DNA of 58,056 bases from a virus (taxonomy: Duplodnaviria; Heunggongvirae; Uroviricota; Caudoviricetes), in the IMG/VR virus record IMGVR_UViG_3300026097_000001, one strand, 5' to 3'. The first letter of the stretch is position 1, and the number at the start of each line of letters is the position of its first letter. The notes below the pieces were generated by a model that ran no database searches, was not told the origin of the DNA, and saw only the letters and a program-made list of their open reading frames with translations. Positions 9,777-18,472 of this stretch are shown here, piece after piece. The position numbers were made by a program, and so were the translations under genes.

Positions 9777-9929
9777 TTATTCTGACTTCCAGATCGTCCA
9801 TGCTCCATAAAAGATTGCGGCATACGCAATTAGATCCACTGGTACCAGTATCATCGCGACTCCGGTTGCGATAAGAGCAACTCCATCGAGTGTTGTTCTT
9901 TCTTTTAATCTATTTTTTAACCAATTCAT
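9777..9929 (-). CDS. Small membrane protein (50 aa)
   Basis: Not in track; MNWLKNRLKERTTLDGVALIATGVAMILVPVDLIAYAAIFYGAWTIWKSE; ATGA overlap with upstream ORF. Confidence 0.7.
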   Translation of the reverse strand: MNWLKNRLKERTTLDGVALIATGVAMILVPVDLIAYAAIFYGAWTIWKSE

Positions 9930-10159
9930 TTTTTCTTTCCTCCTAGCAGTTTTGCTTTCATAGCATTTAGCTCCGCGCTTTTTCTTTTTCGTTCAGCTTC
10001 TTTATCGTCGTGAACTACTTCCACTACTTCTTGAAATTTTGGTTCTTCAATAACCGGCGCCGCCGGTGGTTCACTCATATCGCCTGGCAACGACAACCTT
10101 TCTCGAAGATCTGAAATCCTCGATCTAAGACTTTCAACCGTTGCTTTCAGGTCATCCAT
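9926..10159 (-). CDS. Hypothetical protein
   Basis: 77 aa, tightly packed in operon. Confidence 0.65.
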   Translation of the reverse strand: MDDLKATVESLRSRISDLRERLSLPGDMSEPPAAPVIEEPKFQEVVEVVHDDKEAERKRKSAELNAMKAKLLGGKKK

Positions 10160-10438
10160 TTATTTCTTCTCTAAATCAGATATACGCTTTTCAAGTTCAT
10201 CAATCTTTCGAGTTACATATGGATACTTTTTACGCCAAGCATCAGTTGGTTGTTCAAACCACGTCCAACCCCAGCGCTCAACCAAAAAGTCGAGAGTTTG
10301 GTCCAACTTTGCATAACACCATAGACCTGCACGAGTATCTTTAAAGTACGCAAGGAAGGCAGCACCTATAAGGGATCCTGCTATAGCTGTATATATCCAA
10401 AGGGTATCACCCATCATCCTGGTTAATACATCTATCAT
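10160..10438 (-). CDS. Membrane-anchored hypothetical protein
   Basis: 92 aa, N-terminal hydrophobic helix, Trp-rich. Confidence 0.7.
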   Translation of the reverse strand: MIDVLTRMMGDTLWIYTAIAGSLIGAAFLAYFKDTRAGLWCYAKLDQTLDFLVERWGWTWFEQPTDAWRKKYPYVTRKIDELEKRISDLEKK

Positions 10439-10632
10439 TTACTAGCACCGACGTATCCTGCTACCAGTCCAATAATACCAGTAATGCTCATCTGTAATAG
10501 TTCTATAATATTTTGATCCAATTCAGCATTATGTTCTGCCGCCATCATAAACTCATCCACTACGATAAGTCCTAAAAGAGCCATTAGTCCTACTGCCATT
10601 ACTAGGACTATAATATCTTTAATGTATTTCAT
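10435..10632 (-). CDS. Small two-TM membrane protein (holin-like size/topology)
   Basis: 65 aa with two hydrophobic segments. Confidence 0.65.
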   Translation of the reverse strand: MKYIKDIIVLVMAVGLMALLGLIVVDEFMMAAEHNAELDQNIIELLQMSITGIIGLVAGYVGASK

Positions 10633-11354
10633 GTGTTGTTTTCTTTCGTGTATTTACAATAATAATCCATTCCATGATCGTACGCACCATCAAAAGGTTG
10701 TCCTTTTTTCAGTGCTTTCCAGCGACCACGCAATTTATCTTTAAATCTTTGCCATGGAGTAGATTTTCTAATGTTACCATAGAAATTAATATAACGCGGT
10801 GGGCAATGATGAACATAACCCATAAGTGCAAATGGTACTCCTGTGACCACGTCGTTGTTGTTTACATGACGGTAGTGTAAGACGTTTGAAAAAGACTTTA
10901 CAAATTTTCGTGTACCAACTCTTGGAGACCCATATGTGTATAGAGCTTCTACTTCATCTTTCAAACGGCTGGCCGCAACGGTTGCCATCGCCCCACCAAG
11001 GGAGTGACCCGTGATGTATAGATCTTTATCTTTGTTTTGTTCGAGTATTTCAATAACATTATCCCAAAGTTTTTCCAACTCATTTTGAAACCCGTTATGA
11101 ACTCTTCCTCCTACTTGGGCTCGATCTGGCCATGCATTAAGATCTGCCAATATGTCGGACAGCTCTGAAGGTTCGGTTCCTCTAAAACATAAAACGATTT
11201 CATCGTCATTCCAAACAATATGACATTGAGCTCCATCGTTTTCTAGAAACTCGTGGCCGCTGTACCCAAGTTTTTTGTATTTTGGTTTTGCTAGTTTTTC
11301 ATCTAGGTATGCGAGTTCGGCCATTTCAGCCATCTTAGGACAAAGTTCGATCAT
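10629..11354 (-). CDS. Lipase class 3
   Basis: FRGTE, VHNGF, ITGHSLGGAMA, YTYGSPRVG, HVNNNDVV, C-terminal DH. Confidence 0.93.
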   Translation of the reverse strand: MIELCPKMAEMAELAYLDEKLAKPKYKKLGYSGHEFLENDGAQCHIVWNDDEIVLCFRGTEPSELSDILADLNAWPDRAQVGGRVHNGFQNELEKLWDNVIEILEQNKDKDLYITGHSLGGAMATVAASRLKDEVEALYTYGSPRVGTRKFVKSFSNVLHYRHVNNNDVVTGVPFALMGYVHHCPPRYINFYGNIRKSTPWQRFKDKLRGRWKALKKGQPFDGAYDHGMDYYCKYTKENNT

Positions 11355-11364
11355 GTTCTTCCCT

Positions 11365-11919
11365 TTATTGTGATAATGGATTGTTTAAAGCTTCCTGTAG
11401 CTTTTCGTTTATATCATTATCAAGGCGTCTCATGTCTTCGTCTATTCTGCTTTCAGTATTTCTCATTGTATCGCGTACGTCTTTTTCTGTTTCTCGGTTA
11501 AGAGACTCCACTTGGCGTATCGAAGCAGTTATGTCTTTCTGAAGTTTATTCATTTCGTCGCGGACGGTTTCAAGTGAATTTTCTATACTATCTTGTGTGG
11601 TCTTTGTTCTTCTTTCGGTTTCGTCAAGCTTATCTTCAAAGCGGTCTATAGTTGCCTCGAGTTTAAGCAGATCTTCGCGGAGACCATCTTTAATATCACG
11701 TGTGTAATCTATAGCATCGTTTAGCTTTGTTTCAATTACGTCGTTGCGAGCCGATATTGCATCGGTGTCAATATTCTCTATGATTTCTTTCATATTCATA
11801 TAATCGGTATAGATCTGAAATCCACCCCAAGCGGCCCCGCCTAAAGTAGACAATGCAGTTATAAGCACTGCAGCCTTGCCTCCAGCAAATTTCATTCCGC
11901 CAAATTCAACTTCAGCCAT
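11365..11919 (-). CDS. Membrane-anchored coiled-coil protein
   Basis: N-terminal TM then long heptad-rich region. Confidence 0.75.
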   Translation of the reverse strand: MAEVEFGGMKFAGGKAAVLITALSTLGGAAWGGFQIYTDYMNMKEIIENIDTDAISARNDVIETKLNDAIDYTRDIKDGLREDLLKLEATIDRFEDKLDETERRTKTTQDSIENSLETVRDEMNKLQKDITASIRQVESLNRETEKDVRDTMRNTESRIDEDMRRLDNDINEKLQEALNNPLSQ

Positions 11920-11920
11920 A

Positions 11921-12262
11921 TTAGTCTCCTATGAAATATTCTATTCCAATTACAGCTCCGTTGTCTTCAATCAACGGCGTTGCAAAGAAATACTTATACT
12001 TAAATCTCACGAATGGCATTATATCCTTATCGTAATTCATACTATACCCATCGACTATACCATATTCTACTGAGAGATCTCTGTCTTCTAATATCTGCGT
12101 TTCAAAACCTGCATATACGCTTGGCTTCTCATAACTGTTATAATAAATGCCTGATATATAACTTCCACACTCTACTCTTGCTTGCGGATGAATTTCATTT
12201 AGGTCTTCAGAAACACCTAGGTGCGCAGAAAGTGCAATTCCTGCCAGATATTTACAAATCAT
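11921..12262 (-). CDS. Exported protein, possible small beta-barrel
   Basis: Signal-like N-terminus; NEIHP, GIYYNSY, alternating aromatic strands. Confidence 0.55.
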   Translation of the reverse strand: MICKYLAGIALSAHLGVSEDLNEIHPQARVECGSYISGIYYNSYEKPSVYAGFETQILEDRDLSVEYGIVDGYSMNYDKDIMPFVRFKYKYFFATPLIEDNGAVIGIEYFIGD

Positions 12263-12276
12263 AGAGTTCGTTCCTC

Positions 12277-12687
12277 TTAGTTTTCAAACTGCAATTCTCT
12301 CAACTGATTCAATTCTTGTTCAAGCTTCATTACTTCAAGTTGCTTTTTTCTTAACTCTAATTCATATAGTCTATTACAATCTATCCTGGCCTTAGCAACC
12401 TTTCCTAGAGGAATAACGATCCTAGCATAGACACCAACGTCACCGACTGATTTATCGTCACTCATAAAATCGTCCCTCACCTCATAACCATTATTTATTA
12501 ATCCTGTGACGCCAAATTCCATTTGAGTTGCTGATCCGATAGCATTTGAACAGTCGAGATCACCGGCTCTAAATTTATCAGATTGGTAATTCATCGGTAG
12601 GTTTGGTAATGACAAATTTAAAGAACTCGTATCAGCATGGACTACAGAAGATAACAGGACGAATGGTATAGCATATAATAATTTCAA
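12277..12687 (-). CDS. Secreted protein with C-terminal coiled coil
   Basis: Signal peptide ending VVHA-D; two Cys. Confidence 0.7.
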   Translation of the reverse strand: MKLLYAIPFVLLSSVVHADTSSLNLSLPNLPMNYQSDKFRAGDLDCSNAIGSATQMEFGVTGLINNGYEVRDDFMSDDKSVGDVGVYARIVIPLGKVAKARIDCNRLYELELRKKQLEVMKLEQELNQLRELQFEN

Positions 12688-12696
12688 TTTTTCATC

Positions 12697-13074
12697 TCAC
12701 TTTATTTTAGAGCAAATTCTCGAAGTAATGGCGGTATATTGTACTTCGCCTTTTAATATTTTAGATGTTGTGCAAATATATTGAATTTTGTTCTTTTCTT
12801 GTTTTCTAAAATACAATTCAACATTCTTTTTTCTTAGATAATCTATCTTAATTATCTTTTGGTTCGTAGCAAAAGGAAGAGAGTTCCAATCTTTATCAAA
12901 AACACCTATTTCATAGTACCTTACATCTTCTCTTCTATTAAATACCAAGACCTCAGTAGAATAGAGACCGTCTAAATATGACGGTCTCAATTCAGGATAC
13001 GTAGGTATCATTTCATGCGCAAAAGCATTTGAAACTAGCATCACAAGAGATATAAAGTAGATTACAAATTTCAT
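12697..13074 (-). CDS. Secreted beta-rich protein (fimbrial chaperone/Ig-like candidate)
   Basis: Signal peptide ending AFA-H; beta-strand pattern; C-terminal Cys pair. Confidence 0.55.
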   Translation of the reverse strand: MKFVIYFISLVMLVSNAFAHEMIPTYPELRPSYLDGLYSTEVLVFNRREDVRYYEIGVFDKDWNSLPFATNQKIIKIDYLRKKNVELYFRKQEKNKIQYICTTSKILKGEVQYTAITSRICSKIK

Positions 13075-13081
13075 AACGCTC

Positions 13082-13585
13082 TTATTTTGCTATACATTCC
13101 GCAACGGCAATGGATGTATAATCACCGGCAGGGAACGCTTTGTTATATCCATACAAAGCAGTTGACTCCACCTGGAACCACGATGTACCTGCTACCGTTA
13201 GATCAAATTCAATTGTGTTTTCATACTGTATCTTATTCGTTTCGTAGTCAGACATAAGTGGATCTGAAACTTCCGATACGGTAATATCACCGGTCCAAGT
13301 TACAGAATCCGTTAGTTCTGGACTAGAGGAAAACGAATTTGGGTATGATATAACTGCTTTATAGTAGTCAGGCGCAGCTACGTCATAACGAATGATAGGC
13401 ATAACGCCGCCGTCAACTCTATCTGTGCTTAGTTCATATGGTACGGGGTTACCGTATACACCCTGAACATCCGTAAAGATAGAGCACTTTGCTTGGACCG
13501 TACCAGTGATTGGAACGCTTTCTGCTGATGCAAAACTAGCCGTCATAATAGCGGTAGCTGCAAGTATAGTAATTCTTTTAAACAT
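13082..13585 (-). CDS. Secreted pilin-like protein
   Basis: Signal peptide ending ASA-E, then VPITGTVQAKCSI; C-terminal FPAGDYTS resembles chaperone-usher pilins. Confidence 0.55.
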   Translation of the reverse strand: MFKRITILAATAIMTASFASAESVPITGTVQAKCSIFTDVQGVYGNPVPYELSTDRVDGGVMPIIRYDVAAPDYYKAVISYPNSFSSSPELTDSVTWTGDITVSEVSDPLMSDYETNKIQYENTIEFDLTVAGTSWFQVESTALYGYNKAFPAGDYTSIAVAECIAK

Positions 13586-13617
13586 ACATAGTTCTCCAGT
13601 AATTGTTTTATGTTAGA

Positions 13618-14499
13618 TTAATCATACTGAGATCGAACCATAGATCTATGCACAGAATCTTGAGCTAAGTTGCTCAATGCTCTTGAATTATCTGGAAGGT
13701 CTGCATCTTGAAGAGTAATCGTTTCCTCATATACACCTCCCTGTATTTTCACATCATAGTAATTCTCGAAGTTTGGAATCGTAGATAGAGATTGCATAAT
13801 GCTTTCTTGAACTGACGGATCTCCTAATGCTTCTATAGATGCGCCGTCGTTTAATTTCTCTATTTCTTCATCCTCTTCCTTGTCTTCTTCTTTATTCTTT
13901 TCGTCTTCGTCTTCTAACTCTGTTTCTCTGTTTAAGGCAGCCTGAACGTATTCATCATAAAATGGATCGTTTGGATCCATGCCGTCTGGGAGCAAACCGT
14001 TTTCTTTGAGCCAAGCATAAAGAGCATCCAGATATCCAGGACAGCTTGGATCGGCTAATGGTATAAAACATGGATCTAGTTTATACGAATAACCAACGAA
14101 CGGGTCGTTTACTTCACCTTCTCCTTCTGTGCTCAACGAACCCGTACCAAAGTATTCTATCGGAACATTATCTAGTGGAAGTGACTTATTAATCGTGTTT
14201 CCTGGAAGTCCTGACCAATCATCCACTTCTCGAAATACATATCCGCTTCCATCTGCATTTTCATTTTGAATCGTTACTTTAAAACTTGAATCTGGATTCT
14301 TTTCAACGCTGTATCTATATATGACGCCGTTCACCAAAATACCTCCAGGAAGAGGTAAGATGTTTAACATATCCCAAGTTAAGTTACCATTCTGTATAGC
14401 GTTGTTCGTAACGCCAGGCTCGGTTAGAGTATCAGAGTAGGAGTAGGAGTAAGAGGCCAAGGACAGCCCCGCCGCCAAACAAAGTACTTTTTGCATCAT
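13618..14499 (-). CDS. Secreted acidic protein
   Basis: Start set at ATG 14499 giving signal peptide MMQKVLCLAAGLSLAS; DPCFIPLADPSCPGY; acidic linker. Confidence 0.7.
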   Translation of the reverse strand: MMQKVLCLAAGLSLASYSYSYSDTLTEPGVTNNAIQNGNLTWDMLNILPLPGGILVNGVIYRYSVEKNPDSSFKVTIQNENADGSGYVFREVDDWSGLPGNTINKSLPLDNVPIEYFGTGSLSTEGEGEVNDPFVGYSYKLDPCFIPLADPSCPGYLDALYAWLKENGLLPDGMDPNDPFYDEYVQAALNRETELEDEDEKNKEEDKEEDEEIEKLNDGASIEALGDPSVQESIMQSLSTIPNFENYYDVKIQGGVYEETITLQDADLPDNSRALSNLAQDSVHRSMVRSQYD

Positions 14500-15040
14500 C
14501 TTTGATAATCGACCGTTTTTGATTTCCTGGAATTTCATTTTCGTTTGCCTTCCACATTGCTCTTGCCTGCGCACCAATCATACCATCGTATGGGCATGGA
14601 GTACCAGCTTGCATCATAGCATTAAATATACGTTCGTCTTGACACATCGTTGAAACCGCGGCAACTTTCATTCCCATATCATATAGGGTCTTGGCATTTT
14701 TTAATTTTTCACAGTTCATATCTCGGACGGTCTTGCCGGCAGAAATGCCAAGTATCTGTGTTTGCACCGCGCCCGATACACCTACAGTACATAGGTCTGA
14801 ATTTGAACTATTAATGGATGGAGCAATTGCGGATGGAGGAGGAGACTCAACTACAGTTCTGCTATCTGCGCTAGAATTCATATTACTTTCTGTATTTGAA
14901 ATAGTACAGATATATCCAGCAGGACAGGCAGCAGGATCCGTTACCGTTTCAGTTTCTTCCTGTGCATATGCTGCGCTTCCCATTGCTAAGATTGGCAATA
15001 AAACGGTAAACGCGGTTTTTGTTAGTAATTTCATTATCAT
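14432..15040 (-). CDS. Secreted Cys-rich protein with C-terminal membrane anchor
   Basis: Start set downstream of late promoter; signal peptide ending AYA-Q; six Cys; ends GGGAVLGLLLLLL. Confidence 0.7.
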   Translation of the reverse strand: MIMKLLTKTAFTVLLPILAMGSAAYAQEETETVTDPAACPAGYICTISNTESNMNSSADSRTVVESPPPSAIAPSINSSNSDLCTVGVSGAVQTQILGISAGKTVRDMNCEKLKNAKTLYDMGMKVAAVSTMCQDERIFNAMMQAGTPCPYDGMIGAQARAMWKANENEIPGNQKRSIIKDDAKSTLFGGGAVLGLLLLLLL

Positions 15041-15072
15041 TACACTAATCCCATTTTTTATACTTTCACTAC

Positions 15073-15080
15073 TATTTATA
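15073..15080 (-). promoter_or_regulatory. T4-type late promoter for secreted-protein operon
   Basis: Exact TATAAATA immediately after the porin terminator U-tract. Confidence 0.75.
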
Positions 15081-15110
15081 AAAAAAGAGGAGCCTAAGCT
15101 CCCCTCTTTC
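15080..15110 (-). terminator. Intrinsic terminator after porin gene
   Basis: GAAAGAGGGGAGC-TTAG-GCTCCTCTTTTTT hairpin plus U-tract. Confidence 0.75.
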
Positions 15111-15145
15111 ACAGATATTTTAAAACTGTTACCTTTGTGTGCCGA

Positions 15146-15937
15146 TTAGAAGTTAAAGGATACGCCAAATTCTGGTTTAAATTCTTCTGTATCGATATTA
15201 TAGTCAGCTGCTGCATTAAGCTGAAGGCTTTTCGTTAAGTCGTAATCGTATGAAGCACCTACGTTCTGTGCTAGCTCATCTTGATCACCGGCAATATATG
15301 CAGTAACGCCATATGCGGTTGCATCTGCTTCAAACGCAAAAGTTTCTGTTGCCGAACCGTATGTAGTTGTTACACCGAGCCCAGCCATATTTAGGTCTGC
15401 ATCAATGCGGTTACCTATTGTCCAATCTTCTGTGTTGAGGTTATAATCGCCAGACGCTGTTACACCGATGATACCCATTGCCGTATCATACGAACCTTGG
15501 ATATTTTCAATGTCAGTAACATCAGCAGTGATATCACCAAAGCCCAATGCAACCTTTGCGTTCATTGCTTCTACGGAAATGCTAGTACCCATGCTTGGGT
15601 CTGCCAAAGTTGCTCCGGTTTCACCTTCTACGAAAATGTTACCCTGATCGCCGAAGCTCACGTTAGCTGCGCCAACCATAGTTCCGATTGCCCATTCGTC
15701 TAACTTAATTTCTTTTGACGTAGTGTCAACTTCGAAATCCATTCTTGCCGTACCTGCGCCACTTGCGGCAAAGTCCAGGTCCAAAGATGTAGTAGCACCG
15801 TACTTATCTCCAGCTGTTTCTGCAATTACTGTTTCAACTTCACCAGAAATCCCTACATATGGATCCATAGTAATATCTTCTGCGAATGCCGCAGTTCCTG
15901 CGAATACGATTGCAGTTGTTGCTAAAAATTTATTCAT
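15146..15937 (-). CDS. Alphaproteobacterial-type outer-membrane porin
   Basis: Signal peptide ending AFA-E, amphipathic strands, FGDQGNIF, terminal GVSFNF (BAM signal). Confidence 0.8.
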   Translation of the reverse strand: MNKFLATTAIVFAGTAAFAEDITMDPYVGISGEVETVIAETAGDKYGATTSLDLDFAASGAGTARMDFEVDTTSKEIKLDEWAIGTMVGAANVSFGDQGNIFVEGETGATLADPSMGTSISVEAMNAKVALGFGDITADVTDIENIQGSYDTAMGIIGVTASGDYNLNTEDWTIGNRIDADLNMAGLGVTTTYGSATETFAFEADATAYGVTAYIAGDQDELAQNVGASYDYDLTKSLQLNAAADYNIDTEEFKPEFGVSFNF

Positions 15938-15969
15938 TACATCTTTTCCTTTGTTATTTCTTAAATGTA

Positions 15970-16270
15970 GGCCCGTTCTGTTGCTAGGTGGAACCTATAC
16001 CCCGCATACCTAATTAGGCTGCAATTGCCATTGCTGGCGCTCTATTTGCGTTTGCATTTAGAAAGTTTGACCGAATAACGTAGGTCAACACGGTAAACTC
16101 CACTTCATCTTCACACCTGTCGATCCCATGTCATCCCCATCAAAGATACACTGCTTTCTACCTCTACAGTGGCCACTGCTTACGCTGGTATAACGTCCCA
16201 CAGTGCATCTATGGTGGAGATGTCGGGAATTGAACCCGAGTCCAGTATGTGTCCACGTTGTTTCAACGCT
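15970..16270 (-). ncRNA. ssrA: Circularly permuted two-piece tmRNA
   Basis: T-arm CTCGGGTTCAATTCCCGA and CATCTCCACCA end (16212), 73-nt intervening segment, then GGGGATGACATGGGATCGACAGG (16138); G3-U70 pair; TCTAAAT then tag ANANRAPAMAIAA* (16055-16014). Outer boundaries approximate. Confidence 0.93.
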
Positions 16271-16352
16271 TACTATCTATATATAATACCAAATGGGCAA
16301 AATGTCAACTGTTATTATATTCTTTAGCAATAGTGTATCTAAAATGTTACTA

Positions 16353-16463
16353 TCATACCAGTTCGTAGTTGTTGATTGCGAATGCAACAAAGAAGTATGG
16401 TATCGAAGATATCATATACCAAACTCCCCAAAACGTAATGTTAAGTAGTATAATCTCAAGCAT
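16353..16463 (-). CDS. Small hydrophobic peptide (36 aa)
   Basis: Not in track; MLEIILLNITFWGVWYMISSIPYFFVAFAINNYELV directly after kdsA stop. Confidence 0.45.
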   Translation of the reverse strand: MLEIILLNITFWGVWYMISSIPYFFVAFAINNYELV

Positions 16464-16466
16464 GTA

Positions 16467-17240
16467 TTATCCTTCATACCTATATTTAACGATGTTGTCT
16501 ACTGTCTTTTCAAAATCTTTAAGCTTTAGCATGTTCGGTCCGTCACTCGGGGATTTATCTGGATTACGATGTACCTCTAAAAAGAAGTTAGTAACACCCA
16601 GAGCAGAGGCAGCGCGAGTAAGACCTGGAACGTAGTCACGATTACCACCAGACGAAGTGCCGAGTCCGCCAGGCTGCTGGACCGAGTGGGTTGCATCAAA
16701 TACAACCGGTACCCCCAAGTTATTAAGCATGTGCTGAATGCCATTGAAATCGACCACAAGATTATTATAACCAAAGCTCGTTCCCCTCTCTGTAATCCAA
16801 ACTTCTTTTGCTTCTTTGGTTTTACTCAGTATACCTTTGACATCCCAAGGAGCGAGGAACTGGCCTTTTTTAATATTTACGATCTTATTCGTAGAACAAG
16901 CCGCCTTTATAAGATCGGTTTGACGACAAAGAAACGCAGGGATCTGTAACACATCGATAGCTTCGTCATACTGCTCAGCGATCCAATCAACTTGAGTTGC
17001 ATCGTGTACATCCGTTAGAGTACGAACACCGTACATTTCCTTTATAGCAAGGAAATCGTGCATAGTAGCGTCAAGACCAACACCGCGTTTTCCATTCATA
17101 GAAGTACGGTTGGCTTTATCGTAGCTCGCCTTAAAGATGTATTCTATACCGTGCTTGTCACATACGCGTTTACACTCTTTTGCGATCTCAGCGGATTGCG
17201 ATAATGTTTCGTGCTGGCAAGGACCCGCAATGATTCTCAT
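16467..17240 (-). CDS. kdsA: KDO 8-phosphate synthase
   Basis: IAGPC, FKASYDKANRTS, LQIPAFLCRQTDL, NIKKGQFLAP, VFDATHSVQQPGG. Confidence 0.97.
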   Translation of the reverse strand: MRIIAGPCQHETLSQSAEIAKECKRVCDKHGIEYIFKASYDKANRTSMNGKRGVGLDATMHDFLAIKEMYGVRTLTDVHDATQVDWIAEQYDEAIDVLQIPAFLCRQTDLIKAACSTNKIVNIKKGQFLAPWDVKGILSKTKEAKEVWITERGTSFGYNNLVVDFNGIQHMLNNLGVPVVFDATHSVQQPGGLGTSSGGNRDYVPGLTRAASALGVTNFFLEVHRNPDKSPSDGPNMLKLKDFEKTVDNIVKYRYEG

Positions 17241-17593
17241 TCTTTCACCGCGGTTCCACTCGTACGACGAACGATATCGTCGTGATTAAACTCAGCCCAA
17301 TATAGTTCAAATGCCACTCCGTCTTCAAGACCTTCGAATTGATGAATCTTGCCTGGTTTGACTTGCGCAAAGTCGCCGGCATTTAGAATTGTTTCATCTA
17401 TTAATCCCTGATCGTCTTGCCACACACGCACCAACATCTGTCCTGACTCTACGTAGAAACCATTCCACTTAAATTTATGCTCGTGTTCTGAACATTTAAA
17501 TCCTTTATTAAATTCAATGCGATGAAACTCAAGTACTCCGTTTGCGTGAATTAGTTCGGTGTTTCCCCAAACCTTACCTGCCTTAATACCCAT
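17237..17593 (-). CDS. Cupin-domain protein (possible sugar isomerase)
   Basis: CSEHEHKFKWNGFYVESG and VKPGKIHQF cupin motifs. Confidence 0.8.
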   Translation of the reverse strand: MGIKAGKVWGNTELIHANGVLEFHRIEFNKGFKCSEHEHKFKWNGFYVESGQMLVRVWQDDQGLIDETILNAGDFAQVKPGKIHQFEGLEDGVAFELYWAEFNHDDIVRRTSGTAVKE

Positions 17594-17673
17594 TGTGTAT
17601 CTCCTTTAAATACAAAAAGTGAAGGCTTACCGTTGGCCTTCGCGGGTTTATTACGGAACCACCCGATCTTCAA

Positions 17674-18171
17674 TTATTTGAGTTGAGGTTGTACACGAAC
17701 AGTCTGCCCTAAGACATACCGTTTCGTCGTTTCTTGAGTGTATGTAGATCCATTAAACTCGTAACGAATATTATACTTATATATAGTTGGTTCGTTTACA
17801 GTCTTTGAAACTTTATTGCATTGTTCTTCAACACGATACCCGACGATCTCTTGTACTTGGCGAGTAGAACCTTTGTTTGCCCCAACGATTGCGCCAAGAA
17901 CAGTCATAGCATCTTTTCCGCTACCACCACCAAACTGGTTACCGATAGCGCCGCCGATGATTGCACCTGCAAGTTGGTCTCCAGACGATCCTTGGACCGT
18001 TCGGTTCCGGTATACCGGAACTTCAACGTCATAGCACTCGTTCTCGTAACGTGTAACGTAATTGTTCTTATACACAGGATTTACTTCCACGATCGTGGCA
18101 TAGTTGTTTCCATTTGCAAACCCAAGAGTAGGGACGAATGCGATAGCGCATGCTGCAATAAGTTTGTTCAT
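17674..18171 (-). CDS. Glycine-zipper 2TM exported/outer-membrane protein
   Basis: Signal peptide; GAIIGGAIGNQFGGGSGKDAMTVLGAIVG. Confidence 0.85.
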   Translation of the reverse strand: MNKLIAACAIAFVPTLGFANGNNYATIVEVNPVYKNNYVTRYENECYDVEVPVYRNRTVQGSSGDQLAGAIIGGAIGNQFGGGSGKDAMTVLGAIVGANKGSTRQVQEIVGYRVEEQCNKVSKTVNEPTIYKYNIRYEFNGSTYTQETTKRYVLGQTVRVQPQLK

Positions 18172-18232
18172 TTGTTTCTCCTTATAAGTATATATTACTA
18201 TATAATATAGGCAATGTCAATAGAAACATGCA

Positions 18233-18472
18233 CTAAGAACCTACTATCTTTCTATTTGAAATGTAGGCTCCGGCTGGTTGCTTCATTGCTTCCATCAGCT
18301 CATAGAACATTTTAGCGGACATTACTACAAATTCGTATGACTGTTTGTTGTCATCCCATTGTTGTACATATACTTCAGCTTCGTCTAAAAAGACTTTGAT
18401 GTCTTCATATGACCCGTCGTCATCGAGGATCGTTATAATTGATTCATCAAATTCTATCTCGTTAGTAAACAC
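18233..18472 (-). CDS. Hypothetical protein
   Basis: 79 aa acidic, coupled to upstream ORF. Confidence 0.7.
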   Translation of the reverse strand: MFTNEIEFDESIITILDDDGSYEDIKVFLDEAEVYVQQWDDNKQSYEFVVMSAKMFYELMEAMKQPAGAYISNRKIVGS

